Part shown: in pieces, positions 19,692 through 28,625 of the stretch
Numbering within the stretch: position 1 is the stretch's first letter
Layout: each line of letters opens with the position of its first letter
DNA from: Promethearchaeota archaeon
GTDB lineage: Archaea > Asgardarchaeota > Lokiarchaeia > Sigyniarchaeales > SOKP01
DNA: 64,000 nt
Assembly (NCBI GenBank): GCA_048938855.1
Contig: JBHLLT010000001.1
Span: forward strand, 320,124-384,123
Direction of reading: 5' to 3'
Position numbers and translations under genes: made by a program
Notes under the pieces: generated by a model
Told to the model about the DNA's origin: nothing
Seen by the model: only the letters and a program-made list of their open reading frames with translations
Databases searched by the model: none

Positions 19692-19960
19692 TTAATACTT
19701 CCCTCATTAAATCTTTTTTATAAGTAAATTTTTATTTGTTGAATGAATTTCAGTTCTTTATTTTTATTGGAAGATTTAATAAATAGAAATTTAAACTTTT
19801 TCGTTTGCATTCAATCTTTTTGGAATTTTTATACATTTATTATATGTTGTTTAAAGTCAAAATTAAAAAAACCAAAGCATATCACACTTAATTTTGAAAT
19901 TCTTAGCAAATTTAAATCAAAAATTTTATTTAACATCTCTTACTACTGTTTATATACTAT

Positions 19961-20012
19961 CTCGATGAATTATGAAAATATATCTAAAATTATGTATATT
20001 CGAAGGAGATGA
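19961..20012 (+). promoter_or_regulatory. Putative kink-turn in the rpl7ae 5' UTR overlapping the RBS (GGAGATGA)
   Basis: UGAAU(19966-70)/AUUCG(19998-20002) stem, 3-nt bulge AAG, tandem G.A/A.G (19964-65 with 20006-07), then G-C and A-U pairs. Confidence 0.5.
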
Positions 20013-20018
20013 TTAATA

Positions 20019-20390
20019 ATTTCTTATGTTAGATTTAAGATTCCAGATAAACTGAAAACTCAACTTAAGAATGCTTTAGGTCAAATAGCAGAAACAAGAG
20101 ATTCAAAGATTCGTAGAGGAATGAATGAAGTTACAAAATCGATTGAACGCGTTCAAGCAAAACTAGTGGTAATGGCTGAAGACGTAAGCCCTCCAGAAAT
20201 ACTCTTTCATATTCCCCTGTTATGTGAAGAAAAGGGTATACCTTATGGATATCTTTCCACTAAAAAAGAACTGGGAAATACAGTCAGAATCAACGTATCA
20301 TCAAGTGCTATTTCAGTTGAAAATGGAGGAACAGGTAATGATGGTATTTTAAATGATGTTATTAAAAAACTCGAAGAAGCAAAGAAGTAG
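20019..20390 (+). CDS. rpl7ae: Ribosomal protein L7Ae; start upstream of the ORF-track ATG, probably ATT at 20019 or ATA at 20016
   Basis: In-frame upstream sequence SYVRFKIPDKLK..RDSKIRRG matches the L7Ae N-terminus. Core NEVTKSIER..LVVMAEDVSPPEILFHIPLLCEEKGIPY..KKELG. In-frame TGA at 20010-20012 bounds the ORF. Confidence 0.93.
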   Translation: MSYVRFKIPDKLKTQLKNALGQIAETRDSKIRRGMNEVTKSIERVQAKLVVMAEDVSPPEILFHIPLLCEEKGIPYGYLSTKKELGNTVRINVSSSAISVENGGTGNDGILNDVIKKLEEAKK

Positions 20391-20402
20391 TGGTGAGTAC
20401 AT

Positions 20403-20648
20403 ATGGTTAAATTAGACAAATCAAAAGGAGCATCAGTACAAGATTTATCTACTTCCGCACAGGTAATTCAAATTATTGGACGAACTGGTCTCACAGGAGA
20501 AATCACTCAAATCAAAGTACGCATTCTTGAGGGCCCCGATAAAAACCGAATCCTTACTCGAAATGTTAAAGGTCCTGTTAAAATGAATGATATTGTTATA
20601 TTGAGAGAAGTGGAACGAGAAGCTCGTAAAATTCGAGGGCGTCGTTAA
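20403..20648 (+). CDS. rps28e: 30S ribosomal protein S28e
   Basis: [46 protein letters not shown]. Confidence 0.95.
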   Translation: MVKLDKSKGASVQDLSTSAQVIQIIGRTGLTGEITQIKVRILEGPDKNRILTRNVKGPVKMNDIVILREVEREARKIRGRR

Positions 20649-20706
20649 TTGTCCTTATAAATCTCGATATTAAATTAAAAAAATACTTTTTTTCTCTATT
20701 CTCAAT

Positions 20707-20862
20707 TTAAATTTTAAATTTTATTATTTCATTTTTTAATTTTTCTGCCAAGTCTCTTAATTTATTTGCTGTTGACGAAACTTCTTCCGTTGAAGCAGAT
20801 TGTTGTTCAGTGGACGAATTTATCCTATTTATAGAATAAGTATGTTTATATACTAAAATCAA
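20707..20862 (-). pseudogene. Remnant or mini-ORF matching the C-terminal helix of a methyl-accepting chemotaxis protein
   Basis: Manual translation ..INSSTEQQSASTEEVSSTANKLRDLAEKLKNEIIKFKI* has the MCP C-terminal methylation-helix pattern (EQQSAS-EE-SSTA-L-LA-L). Only 51 codons from a TTG. Confidence 0.6.
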
Positions 20863-20897
20863 TTTAGTAGTACTTTATAAATCTGTGCTGAGATAGT

Positions 20898-21419
20898 TTG
20901 TATATGTTCTATACCATTCTCGATGATTTTATTCTTTATCAGCAGCTGACATTAAAACCTTTAAAATATTCGAATTTCGAACTCAAATTATATAATTATT
21001 TTTATAATAAGACACAAGTAAACCCATCATATATTATTCTCATTAATATCGAAGGTAATGATTTTATTTTCTTCTTCGTAAAAAAAGATGAATATTTCCA
21101 AGCAAAGACAGTTCTAAATTCAATAAGGAATAACATTAAGCATAAAAAAGTAATGATAATTAGATTTGATAATATTTTAATAAATCTAATCTTTAATTTA
21201 TTTCCTGATTTATGTATCGATGACATTGAGATTGAAATAAACAAAGAAAAAGCCAATTATGAAGTATCAATTTATTTTTTAAGAGAATTAAATATATATC
21301 ATATAGCGGTGGGAGAGCGTGGTAGTTATATTAAAGCTGTAAATAAGTTAATGGAGAAATATATTACGTTTAACAATTGTTATACCCCTCTAACGATAAA
21401 GTGTAGGGTAACTGATTAA
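20898..21419 (+). CDS. Divergent archaeal NusA-like KH-domain protein
   Basis: IFFFVKK..KKVMIIR..LIFNLFP..IDDIEI..IAVGERGSYIKAVNKL follows the two-KH archaeal NusA layout. The first KH GxxG is degenerate. Confidence 0.65.
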   Translation: MYMFYTILDDFILYQQLTLKPLKYSNFELKLYNYFYNKTQVNPSYIILINIEGNDFIFFFVKKDEYFQAKTVLNSIRNNIKHKKVMIIRFDNILINLIFNLFPDLCIDDIEIEINKEKANYEVSIYFLRELNIYHIAVGERGSYIKAVNKLMEKYITFNNCYTPLTIKCRVTD

Positions 21420-21427
21420 TTTCAGAT

Positions 21428-22009
21428 TTATTTTCCCGATAAAGCTTTTAATTCTGCGATCAACCAGCAAACTTCTTCATAAGTGGATGAAGATTTGTAA
21501 ATTTCCTCTGCTTTTTTCTTTATTTCCCTCTCAGAAGCATCTTCTTTTATAAATTTCATTTGTATCTCTGCTAGTTTTCTACACAGATCTTTATAATCAT
21601 GGCTTTCTTGTGCAATTTTATGTGCTTCAATTGTAATTTCTGCTTCAAAATCTGGGTCTATACCCGCTTCTATAAGCTCTTGAGTATCATTAATGCGAAT
21701 TTTTAACTCAGGTCTTTTTGCAAATTCAGTGCCAGATTCTAATCCTTTCTTTAATAAGTCCATTAATACTAAAAATGATCCAAATTCTTGATTTTGCTTG
21801 AGAATTTGTATCTTAACGCGTTTACTTTTTTGTTCTTTCAGCTTCTCGGTTCTTTTTATGCTTAAATCTTTCTTTTTGCTAGAAACTTTTGAACCTATCC
21901 ATAAATATAAGGTTTTAATATCATCAATTAAAAAGACTTTGTTTTCATTGAAATCCACTTTGGTAACCTTTCTTAAAGCGCCATTTTCAGTAATGCTATA
22001 TAAAATCAT
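21428..22009 (-). CDS. Gelsolin-domain protein with C-terminal helical repeats (1DGelX-like)
   Basis: DFNENKVFLIDDIKTLYLWIGSKVS..IQILKQNQEFGSF is a gelsolin domain. Duplicated C-terminal motif A..I......Y.[DE][LV]C..[LI]AE. Confidence 0.8.
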   Translation of the reverse strand: MILYSITENGALRKVTKVDFNENKVFLIDDIKTLYLWIGSKVSSKKKDLSIKRTEKLKEQKSKRVKIQILKQNQEFGSFLVLMDLLKKGLESGTEFAKRPELKIRINDTQELIEAGIDPDFEAEITIEAHKIAQESHDYKDLCRKLAEIQMKFIKEDASEREIKKKAEEIYKSSSTYEEVCWLIAELKALSGK

Positions 22010-22102
22010 TCGAGTTCTCTTAGAAATTAAATATAATATAGTAAATAGAAGTATAAAAATGATATAAATCTTTATTACATATTTCCGAACAAAAAAGATT
22101 GT

Positions 22103-22312
22103 TTAGGGAATTTCCTCAAAATAACCAAGCAATTTGAGATTTTTATACTCATCATGGAGAAAATCCCGTAAGGCAGTTCGAATTGCTTCCGATCTTGAGG
22201 CAACAATTTTCATACTAATAAGTTTTTTAATATTTTCATCGTAAATTTCGGGCAAATTAATGGTTATATTCACCATTTTCTTTTTCTTCTTGTTATTTTC
22301 TTTATCTTCCAT
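22103..22312 (-). CDS. Ribbon-helix-helix (CopG/NikR-like) transcriptional regulator
   Basis: NITINLPEIYDENIKKLI..SRSEAIRTALRDFL. Confidence 0.88.
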   Translation of the reverse strand: MEDKENNKKKKKMVNITINLPEIYDENIKKLISMKIVASRSEAIRTALRDFLHDEYKNLKLLGYFEEIP

Positions 22313-22604
22313 GAAAATTGCTCCAAAAATTTCTGTTTCTAAATTTCTCTTATTTCCAATGATAAAAGTGAATTAGAAAGAAGATATATTCTTTGCCCTT
22401 AATTATTCACTCTTTTCCAATATTATATTATAAGTTAAGTATCTTATTAAATGTTTTTGGCTTTCTACCTTCGCTATAAAATTATTTTGATTATTTAATT
22501 ACATAGATGAACGTTTGGTATGACAAATAAATAGTATAGATGAAAATATTTTACTATTCCTATAAGATATTATTCAAGATACCTAGAAGGAGAAGTTGAT
22601 AAAA

Positions 22605-23297
22605 TTATAATCTCTCTTCCGATTTAATATACCTACCACGGCTTTCAATGGCGTCTATGTTTTTAACAATATTTTTCCACTCATTTAATCCTACTTTTTC
22701 GTACTCAGATTTGTATCCTTCAAGAAATGCATCAAAACAAAATTTATAATATTTACCATGAGAAGATATAAGGACTCTTTTAAAGAGGTGTAGATCAACG
22801 CTTTTATCTTCTACAGTATTGGAATACTCATGTAACCCAAAATCTATAAGGAAAATGTTTTCTTCTGGAGTTATAATTATATTACTTGTAGTTATATCGC
22901 CGTGGATATGTCCATTTATATGTAGTTTTGCTATAGTTCCTCCAATTCTATTAAAATAGGATTGTTTTTTGTTTTCATCTAAATTGTGTAAGATTTCTTT
23001 TAATTTTGCACCTTTTATATATTTCATGACAATGGTAGAATTAGAGGTATCAATTTCAAATACTTGTGGTACATATATCCCATAATTCTTCACTCTTATT
23101 AACGCCCGAGCCTCATTTAATGTTCTCTCTGTTCTAATTTTCTTATCCAATTCCATTGTTCGATATTTCTTAGGAATTCTATACTTAAATATTACTTCCT
23201 TTCCAAACCAGTGGCCATAGTACAGGTTTGCCTCTGCTCCTTTTCTTATGATTTTTTCCTTTTTTACAGTATGACTCAAAAAATCTACAACCTCCAA
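22605..23297 (-). CDS. bud32: KEOPS kinase Bud32
   Basis: KGAEANLY, KYRIPKKYR, RTLNEARAL, HGDITTSN, IDFGL, EDKSVDLHL, RGRY. Real start may be TTG at 23279, after GGAGG. Confidence 0.95.
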   Translation of the reverse strand: MEVVDFLSHTVKKEKIIRKGAEANLYYGHWFGKEVIFKYRIPKKYRTMELDKKIRTERTLNEARALIRVKNYGIYVPQVFEIDTSNSTIVMKYIKGAKLKEILHNLDENKKQSYFNRIGGTIAKLHINGHIHGDITTSNIIITPEENIFLIDFGLHEYSNTVEDKSVDLHLFKRVLISSHGKYYKFCFDAFLEGYKSEYEKVGLNEWKNIVKNIDAIESRGRYIKSEERL

Positions 23298-24304
23298 GGA
23301 ATTGGTATTTGATCCATTCTCTCTTTAGGTTTAATCTTAGTCTCAGAAATTTCATGACCTCCTTCTGCTTGATATCTTAAAATTCCTGCCCAACCTATCA
23401 TAGCACCATTATCACCAGCATATCTTAAGGGAACAACTTCAAATCTTGCATTATGCTCCTTACTGATATATTCTATCATAGATTGTAGTCTCTTGTTAGC
23501 GGCTACGCCTCCCGTGAGGAGGACTTCATTCTTTTCTGTATGAGCTAAAGCTCTTTCAGTAACTTCTGTTAGCATCCCAAAAGCTGTTTCTTGTAAAGAA
23601 AAAGCAATATCTCCTAAATTATATTTTTTATTATAATCTTCAGATTGAAGTAAATACTTTGTAGCGGTATAAAGTCCTGAGAATGATAGATCCATACCTT
23701 TCACTACATAAGGTAATTGAATATATTCCCTTTTAGATTCTAAAGCTAATTTTTCAATTTTAGGACCGCCTGGATGCTGTAGTCCTGCATCTCTAGCGAA
23801 TGAATCAATCATATTTCCAATTGCTAGATCAAGTGTTTCTCCAAATATTTGATATCTTTTGGATTCAAATGCACTTATAATAGTATTCCCTCCACTCACG
23901 TAAACAGCCAGGGGATCTTTAATGTTACACATTAATCTACCTATTTCTATGTGTGCTATACAATGATTCACTCCTACAATAGGAATATTTAAAAGTTGAC
24001 TTAACATTCGAGCTACTAACGCGCCTATTTTCAGGACTGGACCTAAACCAGGACTTTGGCTAAATGCTATTAAATTTATGTCCCTTATGGAAAGATTGGA
24101 TTCTAATAGGGCTTTATTTATTATCTTCATAAAGTTATTTAAATGTTGTTCCCTGACTAAAGCCGGGTGAAGCCCTCCTTCATCTGGTATGAAAATATCA
24201 TTTATAAGACTATGTACTTTTCCTTTAAAATTAATTATACCTACTGAAAATGTATGTGCTGTAGATTCAATGCCTAAACATATTTTTTCCATTAATTTCG
24301 CCAA
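23285..24304 (-). CDS. kae1: tRNA N6-threonylcarbamoyltransferase Kae1
   Basis: LGIESTAHTF, GVNHCIAHIEIG, YVSGGNT, GETLD, LPYVVKGMDLSFSG, GGVAANKRLQ, GDNGAMI. Confidence 0.96.
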   Translation of the reverse strand: MAKLMEKICLGIESTAHTFSVGIINFKGKVHSLINDIFIPDEGGLHPALVREQHLNNFMKIINKALLESNLSIRDINLIAFSQSPGLGPVLKIGALVARMLSQLLNIPIVGVNHCIAHIEIGRLMCNIKDPLAVYVSGGNTIISAFESKRYQIFGETLDLAIGNMIDSFARDAGLQHPGGPKIEKLALESKREYIQLPYVVKGMDLSFSGLYTATKYLLQSEDYNKKYNLGDIAFSLQETAFGMLTEVTERALAHTEKNEVLLTGGVAANKRLQSMIEYISKEHNARFEVVPLRYAGDNGAMIGWAGILRYQAEGGHEISETKIKPKERMDQIPIPWRL

Positions 24305-24411
24305 ATTTTGAAGCCGGAATAATAATTAATAAAGTTAAATAGTGAAATACTTCTAAATTATTGGTTAAAATCTATTTTTTTAGTTAAGAAAGATTTCAAA
24401 ATTCATTAAAG

Positions 24412-24618
24412 CTATGCTTTTTGACGTTTACGAGGAGTCCGTCTAGTAGTTTTAGTCTTTGGAGCGCCTTTTCTTTTAAATACTGTATATCCACATTTCC
24501 CACAAGACCATCTGTCATAGTGTGATGCTAGAAAGTAGGAGGGACCACATTTAGGACATGTACGGTGCGTTCTAACCAATTTATTTCCTTCAATTTTATA
24601 ATAATTCGAAGAAGTCAT
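24412..24618 (-). CDS. rps27ae: 30S ribosomal protein S27ae
   Basis: YYKIEG..CPKCGPSYFLASHYDRWSCGKCGYT; conserved gene order. Confidence 0.95.
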   Translation of the reverse strand: MTSSNYYKIEGNKLVRTHRTCPKCGPSYFLASHYDRWSCGKCGYTVFKRKGAPKTKTTRRTPRKRQKA

Positions 24619-24647
24619 CTCAATCTGATAAAATATGTTAATCTGTT

Positions 24648-25007
24648 TTAATAATCAAATAGATGTTTATAGGGTTCTTTTCTTTTTTTCAATTGAATGA
24701 TTTCAGTTCTTTTTTCTTTTTCAAGGTTACGTACTTGAATATGGAAAGGCTCGAAGTAAGAGAGCTCCTTAGCATTTTCATATATATAAGCCGTTCCAAT
24801 TGTATACGTTGCTCCAAAATGAGTTCCTAGGTTTTTAATTATTGTTAATTTTTCATTACTTCCTTGCATTGCTGCAATTTTTTCCTTAATTTCTATTCTA
24901 TTTGGAGTCCCTGTACCAAAATTATCAATTCTAAATTTCAGTTCCGTTCGATTTATTAAGGGGTTTTTCTTCTCTTCCAAGATCTCAATATTTAACGACA
25001 TTTTCAA
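24648..25007 (-). CDS. rps24e: 30S ribosomal protein S24e
   Basis: NPLINRTEL..GTPNR..THFG..GTAYIY; synteny. Confidence 0.93.
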   Translation of the reverse strand: MKMSLNIEILEEKKNPLINRTELKFRIDNFGTGTPNRIEIKEKIAAMQGSNEKLTIIKNLGTHFGATYTIGTAYIYENAKELSYFEPFHIQVRNLEKEKRTEIIQLKKRKEPYKHLFDY

Positions 25008-25146
25008 CGTTTAAACTTTTTATAACATCTATTAATTAATGATTTTTACTATTTTATATCCTTCAAAAGAATAGATAAAAAATAAAATTTTGCTTTTTAT
25101 TAAAGAGAAAAGTTAAAAGGATTATTGAATATTTAAAAAGAAATGT

Positions 25147-25743
25147 TTAGAACTTTTCCATAATGCCAATAACATTTTTAACCTTTTCTTGAATGTTTTC
25201 ATCAACATCAACAATGACGATTCCTTCGGGAATTACGAAATTAGAATCCGTTATTGGTGGTTGTCCATAAAAACAATAATTTTTTACTCCCTCTATTAGA
25301 GGAATTTCAAGAATAAGTGGTAATATTAATAAATCTTCCTCTCCCTTAGTTATTTTGATTAGCGTTCTTTTCTCTGAAGTAATTGTGTTTCTAAGGATTT
25401 TCCAACATTCTTTAGAGATTGTTCCTTCAGGATTTTGAAACTTAATCGTATGTTTAAAATAATCCTCAAAATCTAAATTAATTTGATTTCTTCGGGTTTT
25501 TTCATCTATTATACAAATCTTAACATAATTCTTCAAAAAATTATTCCTTAAAAAATCATTCGCTACAATATCACCAACAATATAAAAGTTTATCGTAAGT
25601 CCCGATTTAACTTTATCTTTAAAAATGTTTTCTACTTGAGTTATTGTTTCTTCTCGAGTTCCTGCTATAAGGATATCAAGAGGTTCAGCAAATAAGTATC
25701 TTTTATCTTGAGGAATTCTTAAATTTAAATCCATCTGAATCAA
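25147..25743 (-). CDS. DUF359 GTP-dependent dephospho-CoA kinase
   Basis: VGDIV, IIDEKTRR, NPEGTI, GEEDLLILP, YGQP motifs; usual position between spt4 and rps24e. Confidence 0.9.
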   Translation of the reverse strand: MIQMDLNLRIPQDKRYLFAEPLDILIAGTREETITQVENIFKDKVKSGLTINFYIVGDIVANDFLRNNFLKNYVKICIIDEKTRRNQINLDFEDYFKHTIKFQNPEGTISKECWKILRNTITSEKRTLIKITKGEEDLLILPLILEIPLIEGVKNYCFYGQPPITDSNFVIPEGIVIVDVDENIQEKVKNVIGIMEKF

Positions 25744-25792
25744 GATTATAAAATCAAATAAATTAATAAAAGTAATCTAAATGATTAGACTT

Positions 25793-25981
25793 TTAGCGTA
25801 CTCTTAAAGCATACTTTCCAGGATATACAACTTTTAAATGGGCAGCAAATTTAGATTCTTTAGGATTAATAATAATAACCTCTCCTGTAAAATCTTCGCT
25901 TAGAGTATGTGTCTTACATTTAGGACATATAGTTTCGTTTTTGGTTATTAAATGACAATTTTTACAAGCTTTTTCTTTCAT
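25793..25981 (-). CDS. spt4: Transcription elongation factor Spt4 (RpoE'')
   Basis: KACKNCHLI..CPKC..LSEDFTG..PGKYALRVR. Confidence 0.95.
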   Translation of the reverse strand: MKEKACKNCHLITKNETICPKCKTHTLSEDFTGEVIIINPKESKFAAHLKVVYPGKYALRVR

Positions 25982-26006
25982 TTTTTTTATCTTTTTTCTT
26001 TAATTA

Positions 26007-26621
26007 CTATTCTTTTATCTCTTCTTCTTCATCGGATTCAGTGGGTTTACCTTCTTTTTCTACATAGGTTTCTTCAATATCTTCTTCAATCCATTCCTGC
26101 TTTCCGAGAAATTTTTGTCGCATCGTTAAACCAAGTTTTCCACTTCGGCCAGTGCCTAATGAAACAGCAATAATCTTAGCTCTAACTTGATCATTTACTT
26201 CAAGAATTTTCCCTGTTTCTTTACCAATGAATCTGTTTCCAACTTGTTCATAAGAAATATAGTCGTCACAGATTTGGGATACATGCACTAATCCATCTAA
26301 TGGCCCTAGACGTACAAATGAGCCAAAATCAACAATTTCTACTACAGTTCCTTCAACCACTTCTGAAACTGTTGGTTTAAATGTTAAAATAGTGAATTCT
26401 ACCTCATGAAAGGTATTTGCATTTCCTGGTATGATTATCCCTTTTCCAACATTTAGTACATCAACAACTGCGATTATAAAACCATAATCTCGAGTTATGA
26501 TCCCTTCATAATCTTCTGAAAGTATTATTCTTGCACTTACATCTTTCTCTTGACCAAATAAAAATGGAGGTATCTCGATTTTTCCTTCAATAGTGTATAA
26601 TTTGAACATAAGAACTTCCAC
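26007..26621 (-). CDS. rpoE: RNA polymerase subunit Rpo7 (E')
   Basis: IPPFLFG, GKGIIIPG, EVVEGTV..FGSFVRLGPLDGLVHVSQI, GLTMRQ..LGK. Confidence 0.96.
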   Translation of the reverse strand: MEVLMFKLYTIEGKIEIPPFLFGQEKDVSARIILSEDYEGIITRDYGFIIAVVDVLNVGKGIIIPGNANTFHEVEFTILTFKPTVSEVVEGTVVEIVDFGSFVRLGPLDGLVHVSQICDDYISYEQVGNRFIGKETGKILEVNDQVRAKIIAVSLGTGRSGKLGLTMRQKFLGKQEWIEEDIEETYVEKEGKPTESDEEEEIKE

Positions 26622-26873
26622 GTAAGAATAGTGAAATTTAACTAAGTCTAGTACTTGATAAAATGAACTAAAAAATTAATATTTTGTGATTTTATCTTCC
26701 CATCTAAAGTAGCTTATTTAAAGCTTTAAAAATAAGTAATAAAAGAAAGATTCGAAAAATCTTAGATTTTCAAATTTATAGGAGAATTGTTTATATTATT
26801 CTTGGAGTATTAATTTTATATTTTTTTAATTACATTTTTAATTTCTTATGGTTTTTCACCGTTAGTGGATAAT

Positions 26874-27185
26874 CTATTTATTTTTCGTAAGAGATAGCCT
26901 AATAGGTCTGAAATCTACCACTCTTTGAATTTTTGCTTTAACAGAAGGATCATTTTCAAGGTAATTTTTAGCTTCTTCTTCTTTTTCCACTTCAAAGATT
27001 ATTACTCCAAAGGGATCATCAGGTATTAATGTTGGTCCAGCTAAAAATAACTTACCTTGGTTCAACAAAGATTGTAAATAGAGAAAATGATCAGACATGA
27101 TTTTATCTTCAGCATCTTTAGGATTTGTTATGAAATCTTGACGATAGGGTTTTATAACAGCAAAAAAATGTTGTCTATTTGCCAT
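26874..27185 (-). CDS. YciI-family protein
   Basis: HFLYL..GKLFLAGP..GVIIFE..EEA..NDP. Confidence 0.85.
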   Translation of the reverse strand: MANRQHFFAVIKPYRQDFITNPKDAEDKIMSDHFLYLQSLLNQGKLFLAGPTLIPDDPFGVIIFEVEKEEEAKNYLENDPSVKAKIQRVVDFRPIRLSLTKNK

Positions 27186-27319
27186 AATTATTTGAGATTT
27201 TTATTAATAGTTATTAGATAATTTAATGGAATTAAAATAAATATTATTTTAACTTCTTATAAATCAATATTAATAATGAATAATCATAAATAATTAAAAA
27301 TCAAATTAAATGTGGCAAA

Positions 27320-28105
27320 ATGACAATTAAGATCCGCGATATGACCAAGGATGATGAATATTATGTTGGTACTTGTACTCATGTAAATGAAAACAACATA
27401 GAGCGTGAATCATCATGCCCACGCCGTATATCTTGGCTTAAAAGTATGGAAAAAGAGGGATTGAAAGTTAAGGTAGCTTTGATAGATGGTATTCATGCTG
27501 GATTTTTATATTTAATGCCAATTGAAATAAATCCTTGGTCAATACACGGTAAGGATTTAATGGTATTTCCTTGCCTAGTTTCACAATCTAGATTTTCTAA
27601 AATGGGAATTGGAGTTAAGTTAATTAAAGCAGCAGAAGAAGAGATAAGACTCCAAAATCGTAAAGGAATTGCCACTTTAGGTTATTTCTGGGACTTTTGG
27701 TTCATGCCCGCGAAATATTTTTTAAAATTGGGATTTAAAATTGCAGAAAAACGTGGTGAGGAAGCGATTCTTTGGAAACCATTTGATCAAAATGCTGAAC
27801 CACCTCACTTCCGAAAGGAAAATTATGAATTTAAACCGATTGAGGGAAAAGTCGTTATAGATTTATTTTGGAATCGATTTTGTTTAACTAGTGATGTTGA
27901 AGCACAAAGAGTGCGAGAAGTAGTTTCAGAATATGGAAATGATGTAATTCTAAATGATTTTTCTGCTTTAGATCAAAACATTTTGAAAAAATATGGTATT
28001 GGACGTAGAATTTATGTTAATGGAAAAATGATCGAGACAGGACCGGAAATAGAAAAACAGGAGCTTAGAGAAGCGATTCGAATAGCTAAAATTAATCTAA
28101 ATTAA
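27320..28105 (+). CDS. GNAT acetyltransferase with C-terminal thioredoxin-like (YoaP-like) domain
   Basis: AGFLYLMP, CLV..KMGIGVKLIKAAEE, YFLKLGF; C-terminal VIDLFWNRFC..YGI..IYVNGK. Confidence 0.75.
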   Translation: MTIKIRDMTKDDEYYVGTCTHVNENNIERESSCPRRISWLKSMEKEGLKVKVALIDGIHAGFLYLMPIEINPWSIHGKDLMVFPCLVSQSRFSKMGIGVKLIKAAEEEIRLQNRKGIATLGYFWDFWFMPAKYFLKLGFKIAEKRGEEAILWKPFDQNAEPPHFRKENYEFKPIEGKVVIDLFWNRFCLTSDVEAQRVREVVSEYGNDVILNDFSALDQNILKKYGIGRRIYVNGKMIETGPEIEKQELREAIRIAKINLN

Positions 28106-28126
28106 CAATTTCGATAAAAAATGAAT

Positions 28127-28501
28127 CTATCTTTTATTCTTCGACTTTTTTAAGAAATCTTTCCTAATTGGATAAAAAATATCAAGCATAATAAAGGGCT
28201 TATCACCTATACATGTATCTCCATGAGGTATCCCACTTGGTATTGAATAAAAATCACCTTGTTTCACTATCCTCTCTTCATCTCCAATTCTAAGTTTTGC
28301 TTGGCCTCTATAAACCATACCAATTTGCTCATGTTTATGAGAATGTATTGGAACAGTATACCCGGGAAGTGTAGCATTTAACGCCATAGTCATTTTCCCG
28401 CTATCTAATCCAGTAAGAATAGTGGTCTCTAACCCTTCCATTTGCATAAACTTAGGAGCATCCTCTATATTTATAAAGTAAGAACTTGTTTTATTTTCCA
28501 T
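28127..28501 (-). CDS. Cupin domain protein
   Basis: PIHSHKHEQIGMV..G..GD..IPSGIPH..DIFYPIR. Confidence 0.9.
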   Translation of the reverse strand: MENKTSSYFINIEDAPKFMQMEGLETTILTGLDSGKMTMALNATLPGYTVPIHSHKHEQIGMVYRGQAKLRIGDEERIVKQGDFYSIPSGIPHGDTCIGDKPFIMLDIFYPIRKDFLKKSKNKR

Positions 28502-28625
28502 TTAAATCTACCTCAATATAATTTAATTAACAGCTTTTAATAAATCAACTGAGTATGATTTTATTAATAATTTCATTACTATACTAAATTAATTAGGTAA
28601 TTAAATAGTATGAAGTGAGAATTCA

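Noticed and set aside
19743-20012. 89-aa ORF in frame with rpl7ae, separated by a single TGA (possible readthrough or selenocysteine)
   Set aside because: Low-complexity AT-rich translation of a divergent promoter region. L7Ae homology starts only after the TGA, which is part of the RBS.
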